The notes under the pieces: model-generated
Told to the model about the DNA's origin: nothing
What the model saw: only the letters and a program-made list of their open reading frames with translations
Database searches by the model: none
NCBI GenBank assembly: GCA_964349135.1
Contig: CAYGFK010000004.1
Span: 728 to 64,727, forward strand
Direction of reading: 5' to 3'
DNA length: 64,000 bases
From: an uncultured Candidatus Saccharibacteria bacterium
Lineage (GTDB): Bacteria > Patescibacteriota > Minisyncoccia > Phycocordibacterales > DSPV01
Made by a program: the position numbers and the translations under genes
Part shown: in pieces, positions 46,584-56,147 of the stretch
How the letters are laid out: each line of letters opens with the position of its first letter
Numbering within the stretch: the first letter of the stretch is position 1

Positions 46584-48884
46584 ATGGTGAAAGTCGCTAA
46601 AGAGCTCGATATTGTGAAGAAGGTTCAGAAGCGTGACGGGTCGATTGTTGATTTTGATATCCAGAAAATCGCCAATGCCATCAATAAGGGCATGATTTCG
46701 ACTGGAGAAGGGTCGCCGAAAGAGGCGGAACTTGTTTCCGGGAAGGTGTATAGCGAACTTTTACGTATTACGAAGAAGCATAAGAACTTTGTCCCGACCG
46801 TTGAGGGTATTCAGGATAGTGTGGAAAAAGAATTGATACTCTCTGACTACGTCAAGACTGCCAAACATTACATTTTGTACCGAGAACAGCGCGCCAAGCT
46901 TCGTGAGAAAGGGCTTCAAGTGCCAGAACGTGTGCGTAAGTTTGCCAGCGACAGCAAAAAATACTTCAGGAACGCTCTAGGCGAATTTGTGTACTATAGA
47001 ACGTATTCAAAATGGATTGAGACGGAGGGTCGTCGTGAGACATGGATTGAGACCGTTGATAGATACATGGCGTTCATGAAAGAAAATCTTGGAAAGAAAC
47101 TTAAGGATACTGAATACAAAGAAGTTCGTGAGGCAATCCTAAGTCATGAAGCGATGCCGTCAATGCGTTTGTTGCAATTTTCTGGCAAGGCGGCAAAAAC
47201 GACGAATGTATGCGCGTACAATTGTTCTTACGTTGCTCCGGAAAAATTTGAAGATATCGCGGAGATTATGTATGTCTCGATGTGTGGTACGGGTGCCGGT
47301 TGGTCAGTCGAGAGTCAAAACGTACAAAAACTTCCACAGATTAAATTGCAGACAGGAAAGAAACATCCGACACATGTTGTCGATGACAGTAAGGAAGGGT
47401 GGTGCGATGCTTTCACCCTTGGTATGAAGACATGGGCAAACGGAGAGGATATAGAATTTGATTTTTCTCTCTTGCGCCCGGCAGGTGCTCGACTCAAGAC
47501 GATGGGAGGTAAATCATCCGGCCCAGACCCTCTACGGCGTCTCCTGTCGTTCACTCGTGAAAAGATGCTCAAGCGTCAGGGGAAGCGACTCTCAAATCTC
47601 GATGTGCACGATGTTATCTGTATGATTGGCGATTGTGTCGTGGCCGGAGGAGTACGTCGTTCCGCAATGATTTCACTCTCTGATTTTGATGACGACGATA
47701 TTCGCCACGCCAAAGACGGGCAATTCTATATGACCGAACCCCAACGTTCACTCGCGAACAATTCGGCAGTGTACCTTGGTAAGCCTACTAATGAAGATTT
47801 CCTCGAGGAGTGGATGTCGCTCATCAAGTCGCGTTCAGGAGAGCGGGGTATTTTTAACCGCGGAGGACTTGTTAAACAGCTTCCGGAACGCAGGCTTAAG
47901 GTACTCAAGACCTATAAAGGGTATTTTGACGCAAACGGCAATATTATCGGTTCTATAGGGACCAATCCGTGCGGAGAAATTATTCTTCAGAGCAAGCAGT
48001 TCTGCAACCTCTCGGAAATTGTTGCTCGAAGCACTGATACCGAGAAATCTTTGATGAGGAAGATGCGCATCGCGGCAATTCTGGGGACGTATCAATCATC
48101 GCTAACCAATTTTCCGTATCTTTCTCGTGAGTGGAAGGAGCGATGTGAGAAAGAACGGCTACTTGGAGTTTCAATCACGGGTCAGTGGGATTCATTGGAA
48201 GCTCGCAAGCCGGAGGTGCTCGATACGCTTCGCAAGGAAGCTATCCGTGTCAATAAAATGTATGCCAAACGATTTGGCATCAGTGAATCAACGGCGATTA
48301 CGTGCGTAAAGCCGTCAGGAACTCTTTCACAGATGGTTGACTGTTCATCCGGTATGCATCCGCGCCATTCGCCGTATTACATTCGCCGTATCCGTATTTC
48401 GACAACCGACGCGCTTTTCAAGATGCTTAAAGACCAAGGAGTGCCGTATCATCCGGAAGTGGGTCAGTCTGCCGAAAGTGCTACGACGTTCGTTCTCGAA
48501 TTCCCGGTGAAAGCACCTGAGGGTTCAATCTACAAAGACGACGTGTCTGCGCTTACACAACTTGAACATTGGAAAGTGGTTAAGACGAATTATACTGAGC
48601 ATAATCCGTCAGTGACGGTTTCAGTGGGAGATGATGAATGGATTGGTGTGGCAAATTGGTTGTATAGCAATTGGGAAATCATTGGAGGTTTATCATTCTT
48701 GCCACGTGATAATCATGTGTATAAACTCGCGCCGTACGAACCGATTACTGAAGCGCAATACAAAGAACTTATGAAGCGTTTCGAACATATCGACTATTCA
48801 AAAATTCTTACGTATGAAAAGCGTGACGAAACGGACATAAAGAAAGAGCTTGCATGCGTCGCCGGTGTTTGTGAAATTGTTTAG
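46584..48884 (+). CDS. nrdJ: adenosylcobalamin-dependent ribonucleotide reductase (class II, NrdJ) with N-terminal ATP-cone
   Basis: ATP-cone VQKRDGSIVDFDIQKIANAI. Catalytic Cys loop TNPCGEIIL. Monomeric class II architecture, C-terminal CxxC..C tail. Confidence 0.92.
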   Translation: MVKVAKELDIVKKVQKRDGSIVDFDIQKIANAINKGMISTGEGSPKEAELVSGKVYSELLRITKKHKNFVPTVEGIQDSVEKELILSDYVKTAKHYILYREQRAKLREKGLQVPERVRKFASDSKKYFRNALGEFVYYRTYSKWIETEGRRETWIETVDRYMAFMKENLGKKLKDTEYKEVREAILSHEAMPSMRLLQFSGKAAKTTNVCAYNCSYVAPEKFEDIAEIMYVSMCGTGAGWSVESQNVQKLPQIKLQTGKKHPTHVVDDSKEGWCDAFTLGMKTWANGEDIEFDFSLLRPAGARLKTMGGKSSGPDPLRRLLSFTREKMLKRQGKRLSNLDVHDVICMIGDCVVAGGVRRSAMISLSDFDDDDIRHAKDGQFYMTEPQRSLANNSAVYLGKPTNEDFLEEWMSLIKSRSGERGIFNRGGLVKQLPERRLKVLKTYKGYFDANGNIIGSIGTNPCGEIILQSKQFCNLSEIVARSTDTEKSLMRKMRIAAILGTYQSSLTNFPYLSREWKERCEKERLLGVSITGQWDSLEARKPEVLDTLRKEAIRVNKMYAKRFGISESTAITCVKPSGTLSQMVDCSSGMHPRHSPYYIRRIRISTTDALFKMLKDQGVPYHPEVGQSAESATTFVLEFPVKAPEGSIYKDDVSALTQLEHWKVVKTNYTEHNPSVTVSVGDDEWIGVANWLYSNWEIIGGLSFLPRDNHVYKLAPYEPITEAQYKELMKRFEHIDYSKILTYEKRDETDIKKELACVAGVCEIV

Positions 48885-48904
48885 AGTGCACAACGTAGGA
48901 TTCG

Positions 48905-48940
48905 AAAACTAAAAACTCCCCGAAGGGAGTTTTTAGTTTC
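48905..48940. terminator. bidirectional rho-independent terminator (aaaaactcccc-gaa-ggggagttttt) serving nrdJ (+) and rnpB (-)
   Basis: Perfect stem flanked by A-run and T-run. Confidence 0.8.
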
Positions 48941-49281
48941 TTGTGTCTATAAGCCGAATTCTGTATTCAACCTTTCGGTTGGACGATAGTCATTTATCTA
49001 GCCCCTCGATTACTCTCGGGGTCGAGCGGCACTCTGTCAGTATGCACCACTGACAGCACGGCCTTGCAGCCAGGTAAGGATTTAGCCGTTTCATTCCGAC
49101 ATTGCTGTCGGCCTACTCCGCTTGCGCGGAGTCCCTATCCTTTCGGAATCGGGCGTTTCTGTTCGCACCTCACAGATTGCTCTGGACGGGCGTTACCCGC
49201 TACCCTTTCCGCCTTACGGCGGAGACAGTTCGGACTTTCCTCATCCCGCCCTCGCGGGCGGATGCGACTATCCAACACAAG
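48940..49281 (-). ncRNA. rnpB: RNase P RNA (bacterial type A), about 340 nt
   Basis: Minus strand reads GAGGAAAGTCCGAAC (P4), GGGTAGCGGGTAACGCCCG, GCGAACAGAAACGCC, CGCGCAAGCGGAGTAGG, GCAAGGCCG, CTAGATAAATGACTATCGTCCAAC, CAGAATTCGGCTTATAG. P1 pairs CTTGTGT/ACACAAG. All collinear with E. coli M1 RNA. Confidence 0.9.
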
Positions 49282-49394
49282 ACTAAGTTTATTTTACCAC
49301 CTTTTTATAGAAAGGCAATATCATCGTTGTTCATTGAATGGTTGGTTTTGTTTCGCTATACTACGTGCACCTATCAATAGCTTTTGCTCGCAAA

Positions 49395-51857
49395 ATGGAA
49401 AAACTTAAAGTGAAAATCGAGGAATCAGTTGACCGCGTATCTCGACTTGAAGATATGGCGTACTATATATTGCTTGGAACTGCGTTTTTGCTTCCCATCT
49501 TTTTTATTCCATCAATCGCGTTTCCTTTCCAATTCAGCAAGGCAATCTTCGTTTCGTTAACTTGTCTAACGGCATTTGCCTTATGGCTTATCGCGCGTCT
49601 TAAAGACGGCCGATACATGCTCTTAAACAGCTCAGTATACATTTTCGGGCTCTTTGTTCTTCTTGTGGTACTCGCTTCATCTCTTGTTTCTCCGGTTCCT
49701 CTTGATTCGCTTGTTGGGCAAGGCTCTGAAGTTTCGACATGGGCAAGTACCGTGGTTATGTTTCTGTTCATGTTTCTTTTTTCTGCACTATTTCGGCCTA
49801 AAGAGAAGGTGTTTTATCTTTATCTCGCACTGTTCTCCTCGAGTATTATCCTTATCGTATTCCATGCGTTCCGTTTTGTATTTGGGGCTGACTTCTTGAG
49901 TTTCGGATTGTTTACTGATGTGACATCGAACCTGATAGGGAAGTGGAACGACCTCGGAATCTTTTTCGGACTTGTTTCATTCCTGTCGCTCATGACACTT
50001 GAGCTCATGCGTCCTCGTGCGTTTCTTAAGTGGTTATTGTGGGCAGTCTTTCTACTCTCGGTATTTTCAGTTATACTCGTCAATTTCTCGACCCTCTGGT
50101 ATGTCCTCGCTTTTTTTGCCACGCTCTTCTCGGTGTATGCGTATGCGTTCAAGCGACAGTTTGTCGTGAACACAAAGTCTGAGTCTGATGACCTTGTCCT
50201 CGAAGGGAATGAATTCGACCCGGGAAGTCAATCTCGTCAGGGTCGTGTGTGGCGCGGAAGTATTCCGGCTATGGTGCTTATTGTAATCTCCGCCGTATTC
50301 CTTGTTGATTATTATACGGAGTCGCGTCCTGTCGGTACGAGTCTTGCGAATCGATTTGCCATTTCAAGTCTTGAAGTTCGTCCGAATTTTATTTCCACTC
50401 TTTCCGTTGGCAAGAACACACTAAAAACTGACCCGGTATTTGGTGCAGGCCCGAACCGGTTTGTTAATCAATGGCTCGCGTATAAGCCTGACGGTGTGAA
50501 TGACAGTATATTCTGGAATACTGATTTTTCAGTTGGGTTCAGTCTTCTGTTCACGCAGTTTTCGATGACCGGAGTTCTCGGATTCTTATTCTGGTCTCTC
50601 TTCATCCTCGCAATTACACTACTCGGTTTGCGTCGCTTGCTTACACCTCCTGAGGATACGTTAAAGCGATACCTTTCTATTTCATCGTTTTTTGCGTCAC
50701 TCTACCTCTGGACGTTCTTTGTCTTTTATGCGCCGAGCACGGTTGTGCTCACGCTTACGTTTTTGTTTACCGGCGTGTTTCTCGCTTCTCTTTACAACGA
50801 ACGTCTGCTGAAGCCAAAAGTAGTTACCTTCAGTGACGAACCAAAAACAGGATTTATATCAGTATTTGTACTAACCGTACTTTTGATTGGTGTGGTGACG
50901 CTCGGGTACGCATCAGGTAAACGTTTTCTTGCGTCGGCTCATTATCAAAGAGCTCTTTTGGCAGTCAATCAAGGGCAGAGTATTGATACGGTAGAGCAGT
51001 ATGCGTCGAGTGCTCAGAAGCTTGCGAGTAATGATAGATACAGTCGACTTATGGCCGAGCTTTATCTTGGCAAAATTGGCGCCCTCCTCAATTCTGAAGA
51101 CGCGTCGGACCCTGACGCAATCCGTGCACAATTTCAGTCTTTGATGGGTGAGGCACTTCGTTATGCGAATCTTGCAACAGAAGCTAATAAAACAAATTAC
51201 CAGAATTGGGTGACACTTGGAAGTATCTACCAGGCGGTGGTGCCACTAGCCATTGAGGGTTCGTATAGTGCTGCAAAATCAGCATATGACATCGCCCTCG
51301 CACTCAATCCTCGTAGTCCAGGTATGTATCTCTTACGGGCACGACTCGAAGTTGCCAATGAGGATACTGATGCGGCTCGAGAGGAAATAAATAAAGCTCT
51401 TGGGCTCAAGAGCAACTACACGGAGGCGATATTCCTCTTGTCACAGATTCAAGTTGAAGAAGGGGATGTTCGTGAGGCCATACAGTCTGTTGAATCGGCT
51501 ACGGTCCTTGCTCCGAATGACCCCGCAGCGTTCTTCCAGCTGGGTCTTCTCAAATACAACAATCGGGATTGGCGCGGAGCTATCGAAGCCTTTGAGCGCG
51601 CTGTGGTTCTTGCTCCGACGTATTCCAATGCAAAATATTTCCTAGGTCTTAGTTATGACAAAGTTGGAGATACTGAGAGGGCTTTGACGCAGTTTAATGA
51701 CCTTATGACGTTGAATCCAAGCAATACGGAAGTGCCGACCATTATTGAGAATATAAAAGCGGGCAGAGACCCGTTTGAAAGCGCCCGCGCAACGGAGCTC
51801 CCTGAGAATCGAGATGAGCTCCCTGTCGAAGAGCCAATCATCGAAGAGGAAGAGTAA
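49395..51857 (+). CDS. large polytopic membrane protein, O-antigen ligase/polymerase-like with C-terminal TPR repeats
   Basis: About 12 TM helices with a Wzy_C-like loop, then about 300 aa of TPR-like repeats (AKYFLGLSYDKVGDTERALTQF...). Start taken at MEKLKVK to clear rnpB. Confidence 0.75.
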   Translation: MEKLKVKIEESVDRVSRLEDMAYYILLGTAFLLPIFFIPSIAFPFQFSKAIFVSLTCLTAFALWLIARLKDGRYMLLNSSVYIFGLFVLLVVLASSLVSPVPLDSLVGQGSEVSTWASTVVMFLFMFLFSALFRPKEKVFYLYLALFSSSIILIVFHAFRFVFGADFLSFGLFTDVTSNLIGKWNDLGIFFGLVSFLSLMTLELMRPRAFLKWLLWAVFLLSVFSVILVNFSTLWYVLAFFATLFSVYAYAFKRQFVVNTKSESDDLVLEGNEFDPGSQSRQGRVWRGSIPAMVLIVISAVFLVDYYTESRPVGTSLANRFAISSLEVRPNFISTLSVGKNTLKTDPVFGAGPNRFVNQWLAYKPDGVNDSIFWNTDFSVGFSLLFTQFSMTGVLGFLFWSLFILAITLLGLRRLLTPPEDTLKRYLSISSFFASLYLWTFFVFYAPSTVVLTLTFLFTGVFLASLYNERLLKPKVVTFSDEPKTGFISVFVLTVLLIGVVTLGYASGKRFLASAHYQRALLAVNQGQSIDTVEQYASSAQKLASNDRYSRLMAELYLGKIGALLNSEDASDPDAIRAQFQSLMGEALRYANLATEANKTNYQNWVTLGSIYQAVVPLAIEGSYSAAKSAYDIALALNPRSPGMYLLRARLEVANEDTDAAREEINKALGLKSNYTEAIFLLSQIQVEEGDVREAIQSVESATVLAPNDPAAFFQLGLLKYNNRDWRGAIEAFERAVVLAPTYSNAKYFLGLSYDKVGDTERALTQFNDLMTLNPSNTEVPTIIENIKAGRDPFESARATELPENRDELPVEEPIIEEEE

Positions 51858-51878
51858 TCTCGTCCCCATTCTCTTTGT

Positions 51879-53552
51879 ATGGTCAAGAAACTCTTAGGAT
51901 TACTGACAAGAGAGGTAGCTGGTCTGCATAACGCCGCATACCTCCTGGCTTTCTTTACAATCCTTTCGCAAGTTCTTGCGCTTGTTCGTGACCGTTTGTT
52001 TGCCGCGTACTTTGGCGCCGGACAAACACTTGATATTTACTACGCTGCGTTTAAGATTCCTGACCTGATTTTTATTTCGTTTGCCTCATTTGTTTCAATC
52101 TCGGTGCTTGTGCCGTTTATTGTTGAGCGCTTGAAAGGGGATGATGCAGCGCTCCATGAATTTGTCAGCACGCTTTTCTCGTTCTTTCTCTTTCTTATCA
52201 TTGTGGTTAGTGCGGTTGCGTACTTATTTATTCCGGCGCTTTCAAAAATCTTATTCCCCGGTATTGAAGGTCAATTACTGAATGAATTGATATTGCTGAC
52301 ACGGATTATGCTTCTGTCTCCCATACTACTTGGGATTTCGAATTTTTTTGCTTCAGTGACGCAGGCGTATAAACGGTTCGGTATTTACGCAATTAGTCCA
52401 CTTCTCTATAACTTCGGTATTATTATTGGCGTTGTTGTCTTTTACCCGTTTATGGGGGTAGCTGGACTTGCCTGGGGCGTGATTGCAGGAGCCCTTATGC
52501 ATTTTCTGCTTCAGGTTCCGTTCGTCGTACAAAAAGGACTCTTCCCGAAACTGACTCTGGTGTTCAAGTTTCATGTCATTAAGGAAGTTGTCATTCTCTC
52601 CGTTGGCAGGACGCTTGCCCTAGCCAGTTCAAATGTAACAACGATATTCTTGCTCTCCATAGGGTCGCTCATGACCGTAGGCTCGATTGCGGTGTTCAAC
52701 CTCTCATGGAATTTGCAATCAGTGCCCCTTGCTATCGTTGGGGCGAGCTATTCAGTCGCGTTATTTCCGACCATCAGCAAACATTTTTCAGATAACAACA
52801 GGGAACTTTTTATCGCCGAGATGCTTTCAGCTGCACGCCATATTGTGTTCTGGTCTCTCCCTATCACCGTGCTCTTCATTGTGCTTCGCGCACAAATTGT
52901 TCGTACGGTTCTCGGAAGCGGTGCATTCTCATGGTCTGATACACGTCTCGTTGCGGCGTCGCTTGCGGTGTTCTCTGTCTCGGTCGCCGCGCAAGGGCTC
53001 GTTCTTCTCTTTGTTCGTGCGTATTACGCAAGTGGCAGGACAAAAATCCCACTTTTTATCAATTTCATTTCAGGGATAATTGCTATCGGACTGAGCTTCG
53101 CGCTCTGGAAACTGTATCTTTCCGCGGAATTGTTCCGAGGTTTTTTTGAATCACTACTACGTATTGAAGGAATCCCCGGTACTGAGGCAGTTATGCTTCC
53201 TCTCGGGTACACCATCGGCATACTCTTTAATCTCGCCTTCTTTTGGTACGCATTTCATCACGAAGCAAAAGGTTTCTCTCGTCCGCTCCTCTCAACCTTC
53301 TTCCAGAGTTTTTCGGCCTCGGTGATTATGGGGTTTGTTTCGTACCTAGGTCTGCAATGGTTTGCCGGGTGGTTTAATCTCGAGACACTTCCCGGAATCT
53401 TTATGCAAGGGCTCTTGGCGGGCCTGCTTGGCATAGGCGCCCTTATCGTGGTTCTCCGGGCGCTCGGAAGTCAGGAACTTCATGAGGTGTGGACGACACT
53501 CCATCATAAAATCTGGAAAGAGAAGATTATTGTTTCGGAAGAGTCCCTTTGA
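51879..53552 (+). CDS. murJ: lipid II flippase MurJ/MviN
   Basis: AAYLLAFFTILSQVLALVRDRLFAAYFGAGQTLDIYYAAFKIPD is a canonical MurJ N-terminus. 14 TM helices. Confidence 0.9.
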   Translation: MVKKLLGLLTREVAGLHNAAYLLAFFTILSQVLALVRDRLFAAYFGAGQTLDIYYAAFKIPDLIFISFASFVSISVLVPFIVERLKGDDAALHEFVSTLFSFFLFLIIVVSAVAYLFIPALSKILFPGIEGQLLNELILLTRIMLLSPILLGISNFFASVTQAYKRFGIYAISPLLYNFGIIIGVVVFYPFMGVAGLAWGVIAGALMHFLLQVPFVVQKGLFPKLTLVFKFHVIKEVVILSVGRTLALASSNVTTIFLLSIGSLMTVGSIAVFNLSWNLQSVPLAIVGASYSVALFPTISKHFSDNNRELFIAEMLSAARHIVFWSLPITVLFIVLRAQIVRTVLGSGAFSWSDTRLVAASLAVFSVSVAAQGLVLLFVRAYYASGRTKIPLFINFISGIIAIGLSFALWKLYLSAELFRGFFESLLRIEGIPGTEAVMLPLGYTIGILFNLAFFWYAFHHEAKGFSRPLLSTFFQSFSASVIMGFVSYLGLQWFAGWFNLETLPGIFMQGLLAGLLGIGALIVVLRALGSQELHEVWTTLHHKIWKEKIIVSEESL

Positions 53553-53610
53553 TTCGTACGTTTATGATGAGTAAGCTAGGAATAGGGTTGTGATATGTTA
53601 GTATGTCGCA

Positions 53611-55398
53611 ATGCAGAGTATACGCAATTTCAGCATCATCGCCCATATTGACCACGGAAAATCGACACTTGCCGACCGCATGCTCGAATTGACGCAGTCG
53701 GTAGAAAAGCGTCACATGCGCGAACAGTTCCTTGATTCTATGGAACTTGAGCGCGAACGTGGCATTACTATCAAGATGAAACCGGTACGTATGCAGTATG
53801 CGACGGGTTCCGATTCTTACACGCTCAATCTCATTGACACTCCTGGGCATATAGATTTCTCATACGAAGTCTCTCGAGCCCTCAAAGCCGTTGAAGGGGT
53901 TATTCTTTTGGTTGATTCAACTCAGGGAGTGCAAGCGCAAACACTGACGACGCTTGCGATGGCGGAAGAAGCGAAACTCGTCATCATACCCGTTGTTTCC
54001 AAAATAGATTCACCGCTTGCCCGTATCAGCGAGGTTAAAAATGAGATGGCCCGTGTGTGTAAGTGCTCACCGTCCGATATTCTTGAGGTTTCCGGCAAAA
54101 CGGGGCAGGGCGTCGAGGCATTGCTTCAGGCTGTTATTGCGCGTATTCCACCACCTAAGACATCACCAATCAAAGAGGGTTTCCGTGGTCTTATTTTCGA
54201 TTTTCACTATTCGAGCCACACAGGAGTGATACTCTATCTGAGAGTATTTGACGGCGTAGTGACCGCACGCGACCCCCTCCAGTTTTGTGTCGCTAAGAAG
54301 AAATTTACTCCTATCGAAGTCGGTATATTCTTACCGAAGGAGAAAAAAGCCGACTCGCTTTCAGCGGGAGAGATTGGCTACATCGTGACAGGCATCAAAG
54401 AGCCGGGCGTTGTGTCGGTTGGTGATACCGTAACTTCTTCAAAGCACCCGCTCGAAGCACTCCCGGGGTATCAGGAGCCTCGGCCGGTTGTATGGGCATC
54501 GATATATCCTGAGAGCCAAGATGACTTCGACCTCCTTCGTCAGGCGCTTTCTCGTCTTAAACTTTCTGATTCATCGCTTTCGTATGAGGAAGAAAGCTCG
54601 GGGGTTTTGGGGAGAGGGTTCCGATGCGGCTTTTTAGGAATGCTTCATCTTGAGATTGTAACTGAGCGTCTCAGGCGTGAATTTACGCTCGAATTGGTAG
54701 TGACAGCACCGAGCGTCACCTATGAGATAGAGCACAAAAATGGGAAGAGAATGGTGGCGTATTCAGCGATGCAGTTTCCTGAACACGGTGATATTATCGC
54801 AATCTATGAGCCAACCGCGCTTGTGAAAATAATCACCCCAGCTGATTTCTTGGGAGGGGTGATGCAACTTCTCTACGAACATGAAGCTGAGGTGTTACAT
54901 ACCGAGACCTGGAGTGACAACCGGACCTCGCTCGAGTTGTCTATGCCACTTCGCGAGCTTATGAGGAATTTCTTTGATGAAATTAAGAGCGCGACGTCAG
55001 GCTTTGCGTCACTTTCATATACACTTAGTTCACTCGTGAAGGCCGATGTCGTTAAGCTCGACGTTCTCTTGGCTGATGAGCCGGTACCGGCATTTGCGAG
55101 GATAGTATCGAGGCGTCGCATGGAAATAGATGCTGAGGCCGTTGTTGATAAACTTGAAAAACTATTACCCAAACAGCTCTTTGTGACAAAGATACAATCG
55201 AGAGCCCTTGGACGCATTATAGCTGCCCGCCGAATGGCTGCCCGCCGAAAAGATGTCACAGGGTATTTGTATGGAGGAGACATTTCCCGTAAGAAGAAGC
55301 TGTGGGAAAAGCAGAAGAAGGGGAAAAAGAAGATGCAGGAGCGAGCCAAAGTGAACATCTCGCAAGACGTCTTTTTGAAGATGATGAAGAAAGATTGA
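53611..55398 (+). CDS. lepA: elongation factor 4 (LepA)
   Basis: IRNFSIIAHIDHGKSTLADR G1 motif. DTPGH. LepA-specific C-terminal domain. Confidence 0.96.
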   Translation: MQSIRNFSIIAHIDHGKSTLADRMLELTQSVEKRHMREQFLDSMELERERGITIKMKPVRMQYATGSDSYTLNLIDTPGHIDFSYEVSRALKAVEGVILLVDSTQGVQAQTLTTLAMAEEAKLVIIPVVSKIDSPLARISEVKNEMARVCKCSPSDILEVSGKTGQGVEALLQAVIARIPPPKTSPIKEGFRGLIFDFHYSSHTGVILYLRVFDGVVTARDPLQFCVAKKKFTPIEVGIFLPKEKKADSLSAGEIGYIVTGIKEPGVVSVGDTVTSSKHPLEALPGYQEPRPVVWASIYPESQDDFDLLRQALSRLKLSDSSLSYEEESSGVLGRGFRCGFLGMLHLEIVTERLRREFTLELVVTAPSVTYEIEHKNGKRMVAYSAMQFPEHGDIIAIYEPTALVKIITPADFLGGVMQLLYEHEAEVLHTETWSDNRTSLELSMPLRELMRNFFDEIKSATSGFASLSYTLSSLVKADVVKLDVLLADEPVPAFARIVSRRRMEIDAEAVVDKLEKLLPKQLFVTKIQSRALGRIIAARRMAARRKDVTGYLYGGDISRKKKLWEKQKKGKKKMQERAKVNISQDVFLKMMKKD

Positions 55399-55526
55399 CC
55401 TTTAGAGGAAGAGGGACGGGAGGTAGAGCATTACCATGCTAATGGCAATGAGTACGCATATGACCGCCCAGATGGCGTGTAGTTTCTTCTTATTTTTTCC
55501 TTGCATAAACATGGTCTTTGGGCGTT

Positions 55527-55535
55527 TGTTATAAT
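55527..55535 (+). promoter_or_regulatory. extended -10 element TGTTATAAT 6 nt upstream of the FtsB-like ATG (leaderless-type promoter)
   Basis: Identical 9-mer to 43065..43073. Confidence 0.35.
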
Positions 55536-55541
55536 ACACAC

Positions 55542-55919
55542 ATGAGAATACCGAGGCATTCAATCCATGTCAAGCGAGTGCTCTATGCGCCGATTACCCT
55601 TGTTGCGCTTTCGGTGCTCTTAGTGCTTTTAGGTAGGGCTGCGTGGGGCGCTTATAGGAGTGAGCGAGATAATTTCACTGAATTTGGACGAGTTCATACT
55701 GAAGCAGCCGCCTTACGTGAGAGAGAGTCCGCACTTGAGAGCGATATTGAACTATTAAAGACTCCACGTGGTATGGAAGAAGCATTACGCAATAAGTATC
55801 CGGTTGTCAGGGAGGGGGAGAGCATGGTTATAATTGTTGAGCCTCGGGCCGGAGTGGATGAAGGGGTATCAGAGGAGCCGAGAGGAGTTTGGTCTCGGAT
55901 AAAGGCTATTTTTAGATGA
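55542..55919 (+). CDS. septum formation initiator family protein (FtsB/DivIC-like)
   Basis: Single TM followed by coiled coil (EAAALRERESALESDIELLK) and beta-rich tail. The track ORF start at 55518 would include the promoter. Confidence 0.6.
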   Translation: MRIPRHSIHVKRVLYAPITLVALSVLLVLLGRAAWGAYRSERDNFTEFGRVHTEAAALRERESALESDIELLKTPRGMEEALRNKYPVVREGESMVIIVEPRAGVDEGVSEEPRGVWSRIKAIFR

Positions 55920-55990
55920 GCGGGTATGGTTTAGTGGTAGAATGCGACCTTCCCAAGGTTGAGACGGGGGTTCGATTCCCCCTACCCGCA
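55920..55990 (+). tRNA. tRNA-Gly (anticodon CCC), no encoded CCA
   Basis: Manual fold: acceptor GCGGGTA/TACCCGC, anticodon stem CGACC/GGTTG with loop TTCCCAA, T-arm GGGGG-TTCGATT-CCCCC. Confidence 0.85.
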
Positions 55991-56147
55991 TATCTTCGAG
56001 CGAAGCGAGATGAATAAAGGTAGAGAAAGCGCCGGGGGCGCTCTCGTGGGGAATCGAAGCCCGATTGAGTATTCTCTGGAGCGCGAAGCGTGAACAGGGA
56101 ATCCAATCAGGGTACTGACCCTGTAAGGGTCGAACTTACCCGCATAT
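55983..56147. repeat. direct repeat TACCCGCATAT (tRNA-Gly 3' end, 55983..55993) recurring at 56137..56147 with degenerate T-arm copy (GGGTCGAAC), bracketing a 140-bp insert
   Basis: 11/11 identical core seen directly. Upstream similarity is partial. The insert shares TTCGAGCG-N-AGCGAG with the tRNA-Ser insert. Confidence 0.55.

Noticed and set aside
49064-49408. Two overlapping plus-strand ORFs (114 aa and 92 aa) rich in Arg/Pro/Cys
   Set aside because: They lie entirely on the RNase P RNA gene (minus strand), and their amino-acid composition reflects GC-rich structured RNA. Rejected as coding.
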